Below, one piece after another: positions 24,709-33,464 of a stretch of 33,464 nt of DNA (positions are counted from its first letter, which is position 1; each line of letters begins with the position of its first letter). The position numbers and the translations under genes are program-made. Below the pieces are notes generated by a model that did not search any database, was not told the origin of the DNA, and saw only the letters and a program-made list of their open reading frames with translations. Source of the DNA: a virus (lineage: Duplodnaviria; Caudoviricetes); the IMG/VR virus record IMGVR_UViG_3300040985_001008, positions 1 to 33,464 of that record; one strand, written 5' to 3'.

Positions 24709-26358
24709 ATGTCAATCGAGGTAACAGCGAAAGCCCAATCAGGAGAGATCCGAGCGACCGCCCGGTACCCAGAAGGCAAGTTCCTCAAACAGGTCGCAGG
24801 AGCAAAGTGGGACGGGGCTGGCAAGGCTTGGAAAATCCCTGCCACAATCGCAAACGCAATGTCCCTGCGGCTTGCAGTCAAAGAGCGTGGGTACACGCTG
24901 CTCGGCGACTCCGCTATGGCGGATCTCATCCGGGCGGCGAAAAAGCAAGCCACAGCCGCCGTAGAAGTAAAAGCGTCCGGGACACTCGACCAGCCCGCCC
25001 GGCGTGTCTACGACGCATGGAGACACCAATTAGAGGCGTACAATTTCGCCGCCGGTGTCGACTCGGCAATGCTCAATATGGAGATGGGGACGGGCAAGAC
25101 GAAAGTCGTGATCGATCTCATTCAGAACGACCCGTCGGTGAAGGTCGCCGTCGTACTCTGTCCGACTTCGGTCGTCGGCGTGTGGCAGCGGGAAATCGAA
25201 AAGCACGGATCACGCAAGGTCGGCTGGAATGTCCCGGTGCTCAAAGGATCCGTAGCCAAGCGGGCGGAGCAGGTAAGCAAGGCGGTCGCCGCAGCACCCG
25301 CAGGATCTACGACCGTCCTGATTCTCAACTACGAGGCGGCATGGCGGGAGCCAATGGCGAAAGTGCTAAAAGATCTCCGCCCAGATATGACGGTGTTCGA
25401 CGAGATCCACAAGATCAAGAGTGCAGGCGGACGGGCGTCCCGGTACTGCCAGCAGCTAGGGGCAGCAAGCGCCAAGCGTCTCGGACTAACAGGGACGATG
25501 ATGCCACGGTCGCCACTCGACGTTTATGGACAATTCCGGGCACTCAACCCGGGCGTGTTCGGAACGTCAAACGCACGGTTCAAGGCTCGCTATGCAGTCA
25601 TGGGCGGCTATATGCGGTACGAGGTAGTCGGGTACCAGAACGAGCAAGAACTCAGGGACAAAATTCAATTCATGACTTACGAGGTTGGGGCGGATGTTCT
25701 CGACCTCCCCGAGGCGACTCACGTCTACCGAGAGTGCGACTGGCAGAACCCCAAAGCCCGCAAGGCTTACAGGGATCTATTGTCACAGTTTTACACTGAG
25801 GTCGACGAGGGCACAGTTACCGCCGGTAACGCCCTTGTGAAGCTGCTACGCCTGCGACAGCTAACAGGCGGATACCTGCACACCGACGACAGTGAAACGG
25901 AGCCGGTACAGGTCGACACCGCCAAGCAGAAATTACTGCTGGATACTCTCGAAGATTTCGGGGATGAGCCTGCGGTCGTATTCTGCCAATTTACCAAGGA
26001 CATCGAAGCCGTCAAAGAGGCTGGTAAAAAGCTCGGCAAAACGGTTCTGGAATTATCAGGCAGGGTAAAACAGAATTTTGAATTTCAAGCCGGTGAGGGC
26101 GACATCCTCGCCGTGCAGATCCAAGCCGGGGGCGTCGGGATCGACCTCACCCGGGCGAGGTACTGCGTTTACTACTCGATCGGTTTCAATATGGGGGAGT
26201 ACCTGCAAAGTCTCGCCCGGGTGCACCGCCCGGGGCAGGATCGCCCGGTCACATACGTTCACCTAATAATGCGGGGCACGGTAGACCAGCAGGTCTACAA
26301 CGCCCTAGAAGCCAGAGCCAACCTAGTTGAGGCGGTAATGCATGGAGACAGGGGGTAG
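24709..26358 (+). CDS. SNF2-family helicase with N-terminal HARP-like domain
   Basis: EMGTGKT, DEIH, LTGT, GGVGIDL, QSLARVHRPGQ motifs; N-terminal GAKWD...KAW.IP. Confidence 0.92.
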   Translation: MSIEVTAKAQSGEIRATARYPEGKFLKQVAGAKWDGAGKAWKIPATIANAMSLRLAVKERGYTLLGDSAMADLIRAAKKQATAAVEVKASGTLDQPARRVYDAWRHQLEAYNFAAGVDSAMLNMEMGTGKTKVVIDLIQNDPSVKVAVVLCPTSVVGVWQREIEKHGSRKVGWNVPVLKGSVAKRAEQVSKAVAAAPAGSTTVLILNYEAAWREPMAKVLKDLRPDMTVFDEIHKIKSAGGRASRYCQQLGAASAKRLGLTGTMMPRSPLDVYGQFRALNPGVFGTSNARFKARYAVMGGYMRYEVVGYQNEQELRDKIQFMTYEVGADVLDLPEATHVYRECDWQNPKARKAYRDLLSQFYTEVDEGTVTAGNALVKLLRLRQLTGGYLHTDDSETEPVQVDTAKQKLLLDTLEDFGDEPAVVFCQFTKDIEAVKEAGKKLGKTVLELSGRVKQNFEFQAGEGDILAVQIQAGGVGIDLTRARYCVYYSIGFNMGEYLQSLARVHRPGQDRPVTYVHLIMRGTVDQQVYNALEARANLVEAVMHGDRG

Positions 26359-26384
26359 ACAATAAGTTTACAATCGGTTACGAT
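26356..26384 (+). promoter_or_regulatory. sigma70-like promoter candidate
   Basis: TAGACA-17 nt-TACGAT, followed by CCCGG-GATTT-CCGGG hairpin and GAGGT SD. Confidence 0.55.
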
Positions 26385-26424
26385 TTACAGCCCGGGATTT
26401 CCGGGATAACGGAACGAGGTAACA

Positions 26425-26886
26425 GTGGAACGAAAGACATCAATGTCCGTCGACGATACGCCCGACTCAGCGGCGACCGTCGACCCGGCGATCCTCATAG
26501 ATTTCGCCGAACGAAAGCAAGATCTCGCCGACCGTGTGGCACAAGCCAAGCGAGACGACGCAAAGCTACGAGACGATGAGGCGGGAATCCTCGCCATGCT
26601 GTCTCACGCAGGCGTCCCGAGAGTTACGGTCAAGACGAAGCACGGAAACCGCACCATCGGATTTCGCAGGAACGTGTTTTCATCCAAAAAAGAGGGCGTC
26701 TCGACTGAGGAAGTCGTCGCCGTCCTCGACGCTCTGGATCTCGAAGATTTCCACAGAGAGTCGATCACCCTGCAATCAATCAATTCTTGGCTCCGGGAAC
26801 AGTACGAAGCCGAGGAACCCATCCCCGAGGAACTAAAAGCAGTCCTCAACACAGACCCGTCATTCCGGGTCGGAGTAACAAAGTAA
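26425..26886 (+). CDS. hypothetical protein (replication module)
   Basis: Coiled-coil N-half; lies between SNF2 helicase and SSB-like gene. Confidence 0.65.
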   Translation: MERKTSMSVDDTPDSAATVDPAILIDFAERKQDLADRVAQAKRDDAKLRDDEAGILAMLSHAGVPRVTVKTKHGNRTIGFRRNVFSSKKEGVSTEEVVAVLDALDLEDFHRESITLQSINSWLREQYEAEEPIPEELKAVLNTDPSFRVGVTK

Positions 26887-26888
26887 CA

Positions 26889-27674
26889 ATGGCAAAAGCA
26901 AAAACCACAGAGGTCGCAACACTCGACGCTCTGAGCGATTTCCGAATCGCCACCCTAGGCGACGCAAACGTCCGGGAGATCGTGGAAGCGAACACCGGCG
27001 GAGCGATCACCCTGTCGGATCTCACGCAGGTAACAATCCCATCCGGGGGTGCTACCTCATTCGAAATCGACAACCCGATCGGCGACGACGAATCAGAAAA
27101 GGAAATCGAGGGCGTCCTCATCTACTGGAACGACCGCCGTTCCTATTGGATGAGAGACCTCGACGATCTCGACGAGGGGGACGATCGCTCACCCGATTGT
27201 TTCTCAGCGAACGCAGTCGAGGGAATGGGCAGCCCGGGCGGCGATTGTCGGACGTGTCCGCTAGCCGCATGGGGATCACAAAAGGGCGGCAACGGGCAAG
27301 CCTGCAAGGCTCAACGCCTGTTCTTCTTCCTGCGCTCCGGGAGCATCATGCCGATCGTCCTGCGAGGCGCACCGACATCAATCGCTCCAAGCAAAAAGTA
27401 CCTGTTCGGTCTTGCGTCGGAAATGGTGCCATACTGGGGCATCACGACGAAGATCTCGCTAGACAAACAGGGCAGCGGGGCGATCAAGTACGCCACATTG
27501 CACTTCTCTGCGGGCACACGCCTCACCGGGAATGATCTAGCACTTGTAGAGCGTTACCGAAACGACCTACTCCCTGCGCTCGAAGCCAGCACCGTCAACC
27601 CCCCGGCGAGGGTAAACAGTGAGGGCAACGATGCGGTCAACGAGGAAGATTTAGCCGACCTCTCAGCGGACTAA
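26889..27674 (+). CDS. putative ssDNA-binding/recombination protein
   Basis: R.YW...PDC.S.....G...C..CP...WGS...G.ACK Cys pattern, acidic C-terminal tail; GGAG SD before ATG 26889. Confidence 0.6.
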   Translation: MAKAKTTEVATLDALSDFRIATLGDANVREIVEANTGGAITLSDLTQVTIPSGGATSFEIDNPIGDDESEKEIEGVLIYWNDRRSYWMRDLDDLDEGDDRSPDCFSANAVEGMGSPGGDCRTCPLAAWGSQKGGNGQACKAQRLFFFLRSGSIMPIVLRGAPTSIAPSKKYLFGLASEMVPYWGITTKISLDKQGSGAIKYATLHFSAGTRLTGNDLALVERYRNDLLPALEASTVNPPARVNSEGNDAVNEEDLADLSAD

Positions 27675-27689
27675 ACGACCTCAACGACT

Positions 27690-27724
27690 CCCGCCCGGGT
27701 AGCCCCCGGGCGGGCAGGATTTTA
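27690..27724 (+). terminator. intrinsic terminator-like hairpin
   Basis: CCCGCCCGGG (27690-99) / CCCGGGCGGG (27705-14), then CAGGATTTTT. Confidence 0.55.
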
Positions 27725-27728
27725 TATA

Positions 27729-29369
27729 TTGCCAGCACAAACTCGCCGTTTTTTAGATCACTTATATCCCGACGGGATCCCGTCAAACCACCACTTACTT
27801 CTCTGGACTATCCCGGGCAAAACCTCGTATTGGTTTACCGACCTCAAAGAGGCGGACGAATCACTTGAATACATGGGGCAGAAGAATATCTACATCGGGT
27901 GTGGATTATCCCCTAAAGATTACGGTGCCACCCGCCGTGCGCCTGCAAAGAATATCTCCGGGATCCCCGGACTATGGGCAGACATCGACTATGGGGACGC
28001 AGGGCACAAGGGCAAGACGTACCCGCCCGATCAGGACGCTGCGCTCCGATTGCTCGATGAACTCGCTGTCCGTCCGACTCTCGTAATCCATTCCGGGAAC
28101 GGGCTTCAAGCATGGTGGCTGTGGGACAATCCGTGGATTTTCGAGGATGAAGCCGATCACGATTATGCAGCCCTAGTGTCGAAAGCATGGGGCGAGATCC
28201 TTATCAAAGCAGGCGGGGAATACTCGGTTGATTCGGTGTCGGATCTGTCACGGGTGTTACGCCTGCCGGGATCCGAGAATGTCAAGGATCCGAAACTACC
28301 AAAGCCGGTGCGGTTACTTATCGATAATGGACCACGCTGGAAAGATCACGAAACGTTTATCAAACAGGCGGGGATCGACCTCGCTGCAGATGGACTAAAG
28401 CCCGCTACGAAAAAGCCCAAGCAGGTCTCGGCAGATCTCCCCAAGGGCGACCCTCCCGGGGCGAAAATGACCATCCTTTGGAGCATAGACCCGCAGGCTC
28501 GGGATTGTTGGTTGGGGGAGCCTGCCCCATGGCTAAAAGATCAGAGCGATTCGAGCCGGGACTTGTCGATCGCCACTCGAGCCAGCATGGCAGGCTGGAA
28601 CGACCTAGAACTCGGGCAGCTATTACTAGCGGGACGGATCCACAGGAAAGCCGATCTAAAACACCCGGGCTATTACGATTTGACCATAAGGAAAGCCACC
28701 GAGAACTCGAACCAGCCGCTCCACATACGGGAGGCGGACGAGGCTCTTGGAATCGATCCGGATTCAGCGACGCCCGAGGCAAGGCTTGAAAAAGTTTCAG
28801 AGCTAATCGGTGTGGATCCCCCTATCACAAGGCTTACGAAAACCGACGGTGATCCAGTCGTCTATCGGATGTACTGGAAAGGTCGGAAGATGGAGTTAGG
28901 CGACGGCGGCGGGATCCTAGAGCAATCCAAGTTCCGCAAGATCATGTTCGACCTCGCCGGGGTCGTAGTGCCCCGGCGGAAGGCTCCCGAGTGGGACAAA
29001 ATCGCTCAGATGTTTGCGAATTGTGTAACGATTCTGGAAGTCGGCGCAGAGGGCGAGGCTACGACGCAGGTAGAGAGTTACCTCGAAAACTATTTCGAGG
29101 CTTTCGGAGGCGACCTGAGCGACGACTGGCAGACACGGGCGCAGGAACGAGAACCGTTTATCCGAGACGACAAGTTGTTTTTCACAATGGTCGGGTCTCA
29201 GGGGTTGTCGACGTTTATATGGGCTAACTATGCGGTGCGCCCGAATCAGTCAAAGCTTGCAGGGATCCTGCGGGAGCTAGGGTGGAAGCCAGAGAAGGCT
29301 TCAATACGCAACGGCGACGACACATTCAAGCGGTCGTTATGGGGTAAGCCTGTCGGAGTCCGGTCATGA
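27729..29369 (+). CDS. RepB-like (AEP-superfamily) primase
   Basis: LWADID, HSGNGLQAWW, D.SRVLRLPGS.N.K motifs; DQSDSSRD helical domain. Confidence 0.85.
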   Translation: MPAQTRRFLDHLYPDGIPSNHHLLLWTIPGKTSYWFTDLKEADESLEYMGQKNIYIGCGLSPKDYGATRRAPAKNISGIPGLWADIDYGDAGHKGKTYPPDQDAALRLLDELAVRPTLVIHSGNGLQAWWLWDNPWIFEDEADHDYAALVSKAWGEILIKAGGEYSVDSVSDLSRVLRLPGSENVKDPKLPKPVRLLIDNGPRWKDHETFIKQAGIDLAADGLKPATKKPKQVSADLPKGDPPGAKMTILWSIDPQARDCWLGEPAPWLKDQSDSSRDLSIATRASMAGWNDLELGQLLLAGRIHRKADLKHPGYYDLTIRKATENSNQPLHIREADEALGIDPDSATPEARLEKVSELIGVDPPITRLTKTDGDPVVYRMYWKGRKMELGDGGGILEQSKFRKIMFDLAGVVVPRRKAPEWDKIAQMFANCVTILEVGAEGEATTQVESYLENYFEAFGGDLSDDWQTRAQEREPFIRDDKLFFTMVGSQGLSTFIWANYAVRPNQSKLAGILRELGWKPEKASIRNGDDTFKRSLWGKPVGVRS

Positions 29370-29545
29370 ATGTAGTCGTTAAAAATCCCCCTATGCGTGC
29401 GCACCCGCGAGGCAGGGAATTTTTCAAAATGAGGGGCACAGGGGCACAAATCGACTTTTTGCAAACTTTTTGCAAAGGCGTACAATCTCAAATGTCGAAT
29501 GTGCCCCTGCCAAACCGATGTAGTCGTTTTTGAGGGGCACAAATA
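29370..29545. other. putative replication origin (iteron-like repeats)
   Basis: AGGGGCACA x3 direct plus one inverted; ATGTAGTCGTT x2; ACTTTTTGCAA tandem; AT-rich, between primase and helicase. Confidence 0.6.
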
Positions 29546-29635
29546 TTTTCGAGGTTTTCGGTGAAAAGAGCATTCGACCGAAGCCCTCATAGAGTCGAGG
29601 TAATGACCCCGTGTGTCTTACGGGAGAGGATTTTT

Positions 29636-31255
29636 ATGCAGACAGAATTTAGAGTTATCGGACCACCCGGCTGTGGCAAGACGACATTCCTATCGAGGGA
29701 GGTCACAAAGGCTGTGGAAAAGTACGGCGGCGACAATGTCATGGTGGCGTCTCTCACTAAGACGGCAGCGGCGGAAGTTGCCGGGCGGGGCATCCCAATC
29801 AACCCTATGCGGATCGGGACGCTGCACGCTCATGCTTACCGAGCGTTGGGATTTCCTAAGCTAGCCGAGAACCGAGAGGGTATCGAGGCGTGGAACAAGG
29901 ACTTTCCAAGCTACCGGCTGTCAGTCCCCGGCGGGGCGGCAAGCTTGGATTCGGCTGTCGATGGGTTCGCCCCTATGAAATCGCCCGGGGATAAGCATTT
30001 CTCACAGTACAACATAGCCCGGGCACGTAAGTCTCCGATCGATGAACTGCCCGGAGCCGTCCGCAGGTTCGGTGCGGCATGGGAGTCGTGGAAGAAAACG
30101 ACAGGGCTATTCGATTTCACGGATCTCATAGATATCGCAGCGTCGTCGATCCACCAAGCTCCGGGGCGACCGAAGGTGATATTTGTCGACGAGGCGCAGG
30201 ATCACGACAGGCTCGAATTAGATCTAGTCAGGAAATGGGGTGCGGAGGATCGGGGCGCAGAGCGTTTGGTAATTGTGGGAGATCCCGACCAGAATTTGTA
30301 TGAATGGCGAGGCTCAGACCCGGAGGCATTTTTCGACCCCCCGTTGCCCGACGATCAAAGGTTGGTGCTGTCGCAGTCTTACCGGGTGCCAAAGGCGGTG
30401 CACGCAAAAGCGACCGAATGGATCGAGCGCACGGCTGGCAGGGATCCGGTGAAGTACCTGCCGACCGACGACCCGGGCGAGGTTCGCAAGACTCTCATAA
30501 GCCTGCGGGATCCCGCTGGGATCATCAGAGACGCCGAGCAGTACACCGAGGCGGGAAAGTCTGTTCTGTTCCTCACCACCTGCGCTTATATGCTGTCCCC
30601 ACTCGTCAACGAATTGCGAGGGCAGGGGATCCCGTTCCATAACCCGTACCGGGCACGATCGGACTGGAATCCGCTAGACCCCCAAACCCGAGGCACGTCG
30701 ACGCTAGAGAAGTTCAAGGCGTATATCTCACCCTTGCTAGAGACCGAGCCATACGCAGTCCCGTGGAGCGTCGACGAGGTGCAGCTATGGACGACCGCCC
30801 TCGCCCGGGTGCTAAAGCGAGGCAAACGTCAGGTGTTAGAGGGTATGGATCCGAGGCAGGGATTCACCCCGGCGATGCTCGACGAGTTGTTCCTCGAATC
30901 TGCCGATCCATACGAGGCTTATAACATCGAGTCTGGCGATCCAAGCTGGTTTCAAAAGCACATCAAGGCGTCGGCGAACGTCGACTATGCTGTGAAAGTT
31001 CTCAGCAAGTTCGGAGCCGAGGCGATCGTGGAGACTCCCAAGATCTCTGTCGGCACGATACACAGCGTCAAGGGCGGCGAGGCGGATGTTGTCTACCTGT
31101 TCCCGGATATGTCCCGTGTGGGCTATCAGTCGATCCACACGCCCCGAGGCAAGGCGGCGACGCTCCGCCAGTTCTACGTCGGCATGACGAGAGCCAAAGA
31201 GACCCTAGTCCTAGGTGGAGCATCTTCACAAACGGCGGTGCAGTTAGGTTCATAA
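29636..31255 (+). CDS. UvrD/Rep-like SF1 helicase
   Basis: GPPGCGKT, GTLH, DEAQD, GDPDQ, LSQSYR, TIHSVKGGE, YVGMTRAK; GAGG SD before ATG 29636. Confidence 0.92.
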   Translation: MQTEFRVIGPPGCGKTTFLSREVTKAVEKYGGDNVMVASLTKTAAAEVAGRGIPINPMRIGTLHAHAYRALGFPKLAENREGIEAWNKDFPSYRLSVPGGAASLDSAVDGFAPMKSPGDKHFSQYNIARARKSPIDELPGAVRRFGAAWESWKKTTGLFDFTDLIDIAASSIHQAPGRPKVIFVDEAQDHDRLELDLVRKWGAEDRGAERLVIVGDPDQNLYEWRGSDPEAFFDPPLPDDQRLVLSQSYRVPKAVHAKATEWIERTAGRDPVKYLPTDDPGEVRKTLISLRDPAGIIRDAEQYTEAGKSVLFLTTCAYMLSPLVNELRGQGIPFHNPYRARSDWNPLDPQTRGTSTLEKFKAYISPLLETEPYAVPWSVDEVQLWTTALARVLKRGKRQVLEGMDPRQGFTPAMLDELFLESADPYEAYNIESGDPSWFQKHIKASANVDYAVKVLSKFGAEAIVETPKISVGTIHSVKGGEADVVYLFPDMSRVGYQSIHTPRGKAATLRQFYVGMTRAKETLVLGGASSQTAVQLGS

Positions 31256-31261
31256 ATTGAG

Positions 31262-31301
31262 TTGTCAAAAAGTTGACAAACAATTTCCTATGCCATAGAG
31301 T
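31262..31301 (+). promoter_or_regulatory. sigma70-like promoter P4 with doubled -35
   Basis: TTGTCA 31262-67 and TTGACA 31273-78, 17 nt, TAGAGT 31296-301. Confidence 0.8.
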
Positions 31302-31352
31302 TGTTTATGTCGCAAGGGCGGCACACGGTAATCAGTAAAGGAAACGCACAAA

Positions 31353-31610
31353 ATGTCCATCAAGATCATCACTCTCGAAACCTCTCCGCAGTACCGAACG
31401 CACGACGACGAGGTTCAGTATGTCGACATCATCGCAGTCGAGGAAAACGGGCAGGTCACTTACAAGATCTCCACGTTCCGCAACGGGACTCTAATGTCGG
31501 TCGGTCGCCCGAGCAACATTGTCACGGCGTCTAACATCTTCGAGGACACCGAGACCTCACTTATCAATCAAGCGGCGAAGCACATGGAACGCCGCAACGC
31601 CCGAGCGTAA
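31353..31610 (+). CDS. hypothetical protein
   Basis: AAAGGA SD, first gene after P4. Confidence 0.65.
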   Translation: MSIKIITLETSPQYRTHDDEVQYVDIIAVEENGQVTYKISTFRNGTLMSVGRPSNIVTASNIFEDTETSLINQAAKHMERRNARA

Positions 31611-31643
31611 TTCACCCTAATTCAAATTTCGAGGTAACGAAAA

Positions 31644-32294
31644 ATGATTTCACGATACAACGAACACGACGAGCGAGAGGTATTCGATGCCGACGGCTCA
31701 ACCCTCATCGCTGTCCACGGAGAGTTCTGCACAGGCTGCACGGCGATCCGGGGCACATGCGGCAGGCTAACCCAAGCCGCCGTCCTCTCCGGGCGCATCA
31801 GCGACCCGGTCGCACTCGATCGAATCGCCGACGCCATGAAGTTCAGCGACGAGGATCGCCGACGGTACTCAGGATTAGTCGGTAACGGGACTGGATTAGT
31901 CCCATGCGCATTCTGCGATTACGGCGACGTAGTCAAGGGATCCGTCACCTACAACGGCGAGTATGCCTGCAAGCCTTGCCAGCCGTATGCATGGGCAAGC
32001 GTAGTCCACCCCGAGACCCGGGAAGCTAACGGCAAGATTGCCGCCAAGCGAGCCGCCAAGCGTAACGGCGTCCTAGCCGAAACCCCATTCGACCGAGCGC
32101 AGTCACGCTATGACTCCGCCGAGCCATCCGATTTCAACGATTGCGAGCATGAGGAATGGGAGACGCTAGACCGCATCACTCTCACATCCTCGACGCAGGA
32201 CGTGCCGATCGAATGCTCATATAAGAAATGCAAAAAGGTTGGAACTTTCGGTTTCGACGGCGACATCCCGGTCATAGATTGGGACTTCGACTAA
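31644..32294 (+). CDS. Cys-rich hypothetical protein
   Basis: CTGC, CAFC, CKPC, CSYKKC motifs; GAGGT SD. Confidence 0.65.
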   Translation: MISRYNEHDEREVFDADGSTLIAVHGEFCTGCTAIRGTCGRLTQAAVLSGRISDPVALDRIADAMKFSDEDRRRYSGLVGNGTGLVPCAFCDYGDVVKGSVTYNGEYACKPCQPYAWASVVHPETREANGKIAAKRAAKRNGVLAETPFDRAQSRYDSAEPSDFNDCEHEEWETLDRITLTSSTQDVPIECSYKKCKKVGTFGFDGDIPVIDWDFD

Positions 32295-32524
32295 TGCCAT
32301 ATTCGATGTCCGGTAAATGCGTCGAGTGTGGGCACCAACGACAACACCATGTATTCCCTGTATGGCGAGAGGATTGGCAGAACCGATACAACCAACCGTC
32401 GAGCTATCCCGGGTGCAGGATCGACCACGCCAAGAACGTCGGCAGGGCGGGTCAACCGTCTTACGTCGTCCCGCTAAAAACATCAGCAGGCAAGGCTTGC
32501 CCATGCGAGGAGTTTGAAGAATGA
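32294..32524 (+). CDS. small Cys/His-rich protein
   Basis: C..CGH....H ... C ... CPC..F; TAATG coupling. Confidence 0.6.
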   Translation: MPYSMSGKCVECGHQRQHHVFPVWREDWQNRYNQPSSYPGCRIDHAKNVGRAGQPSYVVPLKTSAGKACPCEEFEE

Positions 32525-32823
32525 GTAAACCACAGCTAGTCTGCGCCTACGAATACGCCGACGGGATCTGTGGGGTCTCAGAGGACTCCCACAAGTATTT
32601 CGCAGGCTCGAAGATCCTGCGCAATCAGCACACGTTTACTGGGGCGGAGATCCGACGCAGCATGGACGCCGAGGTCGACGCCGACGGCGTCGCCCGGTTC
32701 GTCCGCCCGCTCAAAGCCGGTCAGACCTACGTCGTCGACGGCAGCGTCCTCGACGCCATTATGAACCAGCACCCGTTCGACGACCGACCGCAGGTTGGGA
32801 GGGATCTCGATGCCAATAGTTGA
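32521..32823 (+). CDS. hypothetical protein
   Basis: GAGGAG SD, ATGA overlap; C...C...H...H pattern. Confidence 0.6.
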   Translation: MSKPQLVCAYEYADGICGVSEDSHKYFAGSKILRNQHTFTGAEIRRSMDAEVDADGVARFVRPLKAGQTYVVDGSVLDAIMNQHPFDDRPQVGRDLDANS

Positions 32824-33010
32824 AATCAACCGGAATCACTACGGCGGCACGACGCACGATCAGGGTGCGATATTTGCAAGTTGGCGCAAACAGTGGGCGG
32901 AACTCGGGATCAATAAAACCGACGCCTCACTGGATTGCGACCGGCTTATTGCTCGCAGGCTCGGGGTTCGAGTCAAGGACTATTGGAGACAGACGGGAAA
33001 AGTAAAGTGA
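32810..33010 (+). CDS. hypothetical protein
   Basis: GGAGG SD before ATG 32810. Confidence 0.55.
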   Translation: MPIVEINRNHYGGTTHDQGAIFASWRKQWAELGINKTDASLDCDRLIARRLGVRVKDYWRQTGKVK

Positions 33011-33324
33011 CGACACCACTGGAAGCGTTGCGAGAAAAAGCAATCGAAGCCTATGACGCTGCTAAAGCGGAAGCAGAAAAGCAATCGAAGCCGACTACGC
33101 AATCAAGCTACCTAAGCGGACTAAGCGTTGCGTATCACGTTGCGTTGAAGATGTGGGAAGCAGCCCTCTCGCAGCCCGACAGCCCTGCACCACTGGAAGC
33201 GAAGGGGAGGCACTTGGCGAATAAGAAAACTCAGACGAGGACGAAAACTAAGTGTCCCGCCTGCAATCAATGGATAGTGCATCAGCGTATGCAGGAACAT
33301 CTAAGGAAAAAACATGGCTCATAA
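33007..33324 (+). CDS. hypothetical protein with C-terminal C2H2-like finger
   Basis: GTGA overlap; CPACNQWIVHQRMQEHLRKKH. Confidence 0.6.
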   Translation: MTTPLEALREKAIEAYDAAKAEAEKQSKPTTQSSYLSGLSVAYHVALKMWEAALSQPDSPAPLEAKGRHLANKKTQTRTKTKCPACNQWIVHQRMQEHLRKKHGS

Positions 33325-33464
33325 AAAATGGTTTCAAGGACTCGTCTGCGGATTCGACCTTGAAACGACCGGCGTCGACCCCGAGGTCGATCACATCGTG
33401 CAGATTGGAATATCAGTGTCGCTAGGATCCGTCCTAGGTGACGGGTTCTCTGCCCCGATCCCGG
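33314..33464 (+). CDS. DnaQ-like (DEDD) 3'-5' exonuclease, truncated by window end (not in ORF track)
   Basis: MAHKKWFQGLVCGFDLETTGVDPEVDHIVQIG: ExoI motif FDLETTG; AAGGA SD. Confidence 0.8.
   Translation, partial: MAHKKWFQGLVCGFDLETTGVDPEVDHIVQIGISVSLGSVLGDGFSAPIP

Noticed and set aside
24807-25799. 330-aa alternative-frame ORF inside the SNF2 helicase
   Set aside because: Arg/Gly-rich off-frame composition, fully nested in a motif-complete gene
1-33464. Complete circular genome or terminal repeat
   Set aside because: Window ends inside an exonuclease gene and the ends share no sequence, so absence claims (lysin, integrase, polymerase) apply only to this window

Overview
This window is a large, incomplete segment of a tailed dsDNA phage (Caudoviricetes, siphovirus-like: tail tube gene present, no sheath gene seen). 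All credible genes are on the + strand. Order: small and large terminase; DUF935-type portal fused to a head-morphogenesis-like C-terminal domain; Mu I-like protease/scaffold; cement protein; major capsid protein; head-tail joining genes including two tandem paralog pairs; tail tube; frameshifted tail chaperone; short tape measure; large tail protein; repeat-rich tail fibre. Where the lysis cassette normally lies (about 19.2-21.2 kb) there is no recognisable endolysin. Instead a translationally coupled membrane-protein operon is built around a phage-borne TatC homologue. This TatC appears to have lost the twin-arginine recognition residues, is directly preceded by an unannotated 40-aa TatA-like ORF, and is flanked by further small hydrophobic ORFs. 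This is the most novel feature. The rest is an early/replication region: repeated sigma70-like promoters with a doubled -35 box, SprT-like protease, a structured intergenic RNA candidate, XRE HTH, SNF2 helicase, SSB-like protein, RepB-type primase, putative iteron origin, UvrD-like helicase, small Zn-binding proteins and a truncated DnaQ-like exonuclease. No integrase, tRNA, rRNA or CRISPR was seen. Family assignments come from motif recognition by eye, not database searches.
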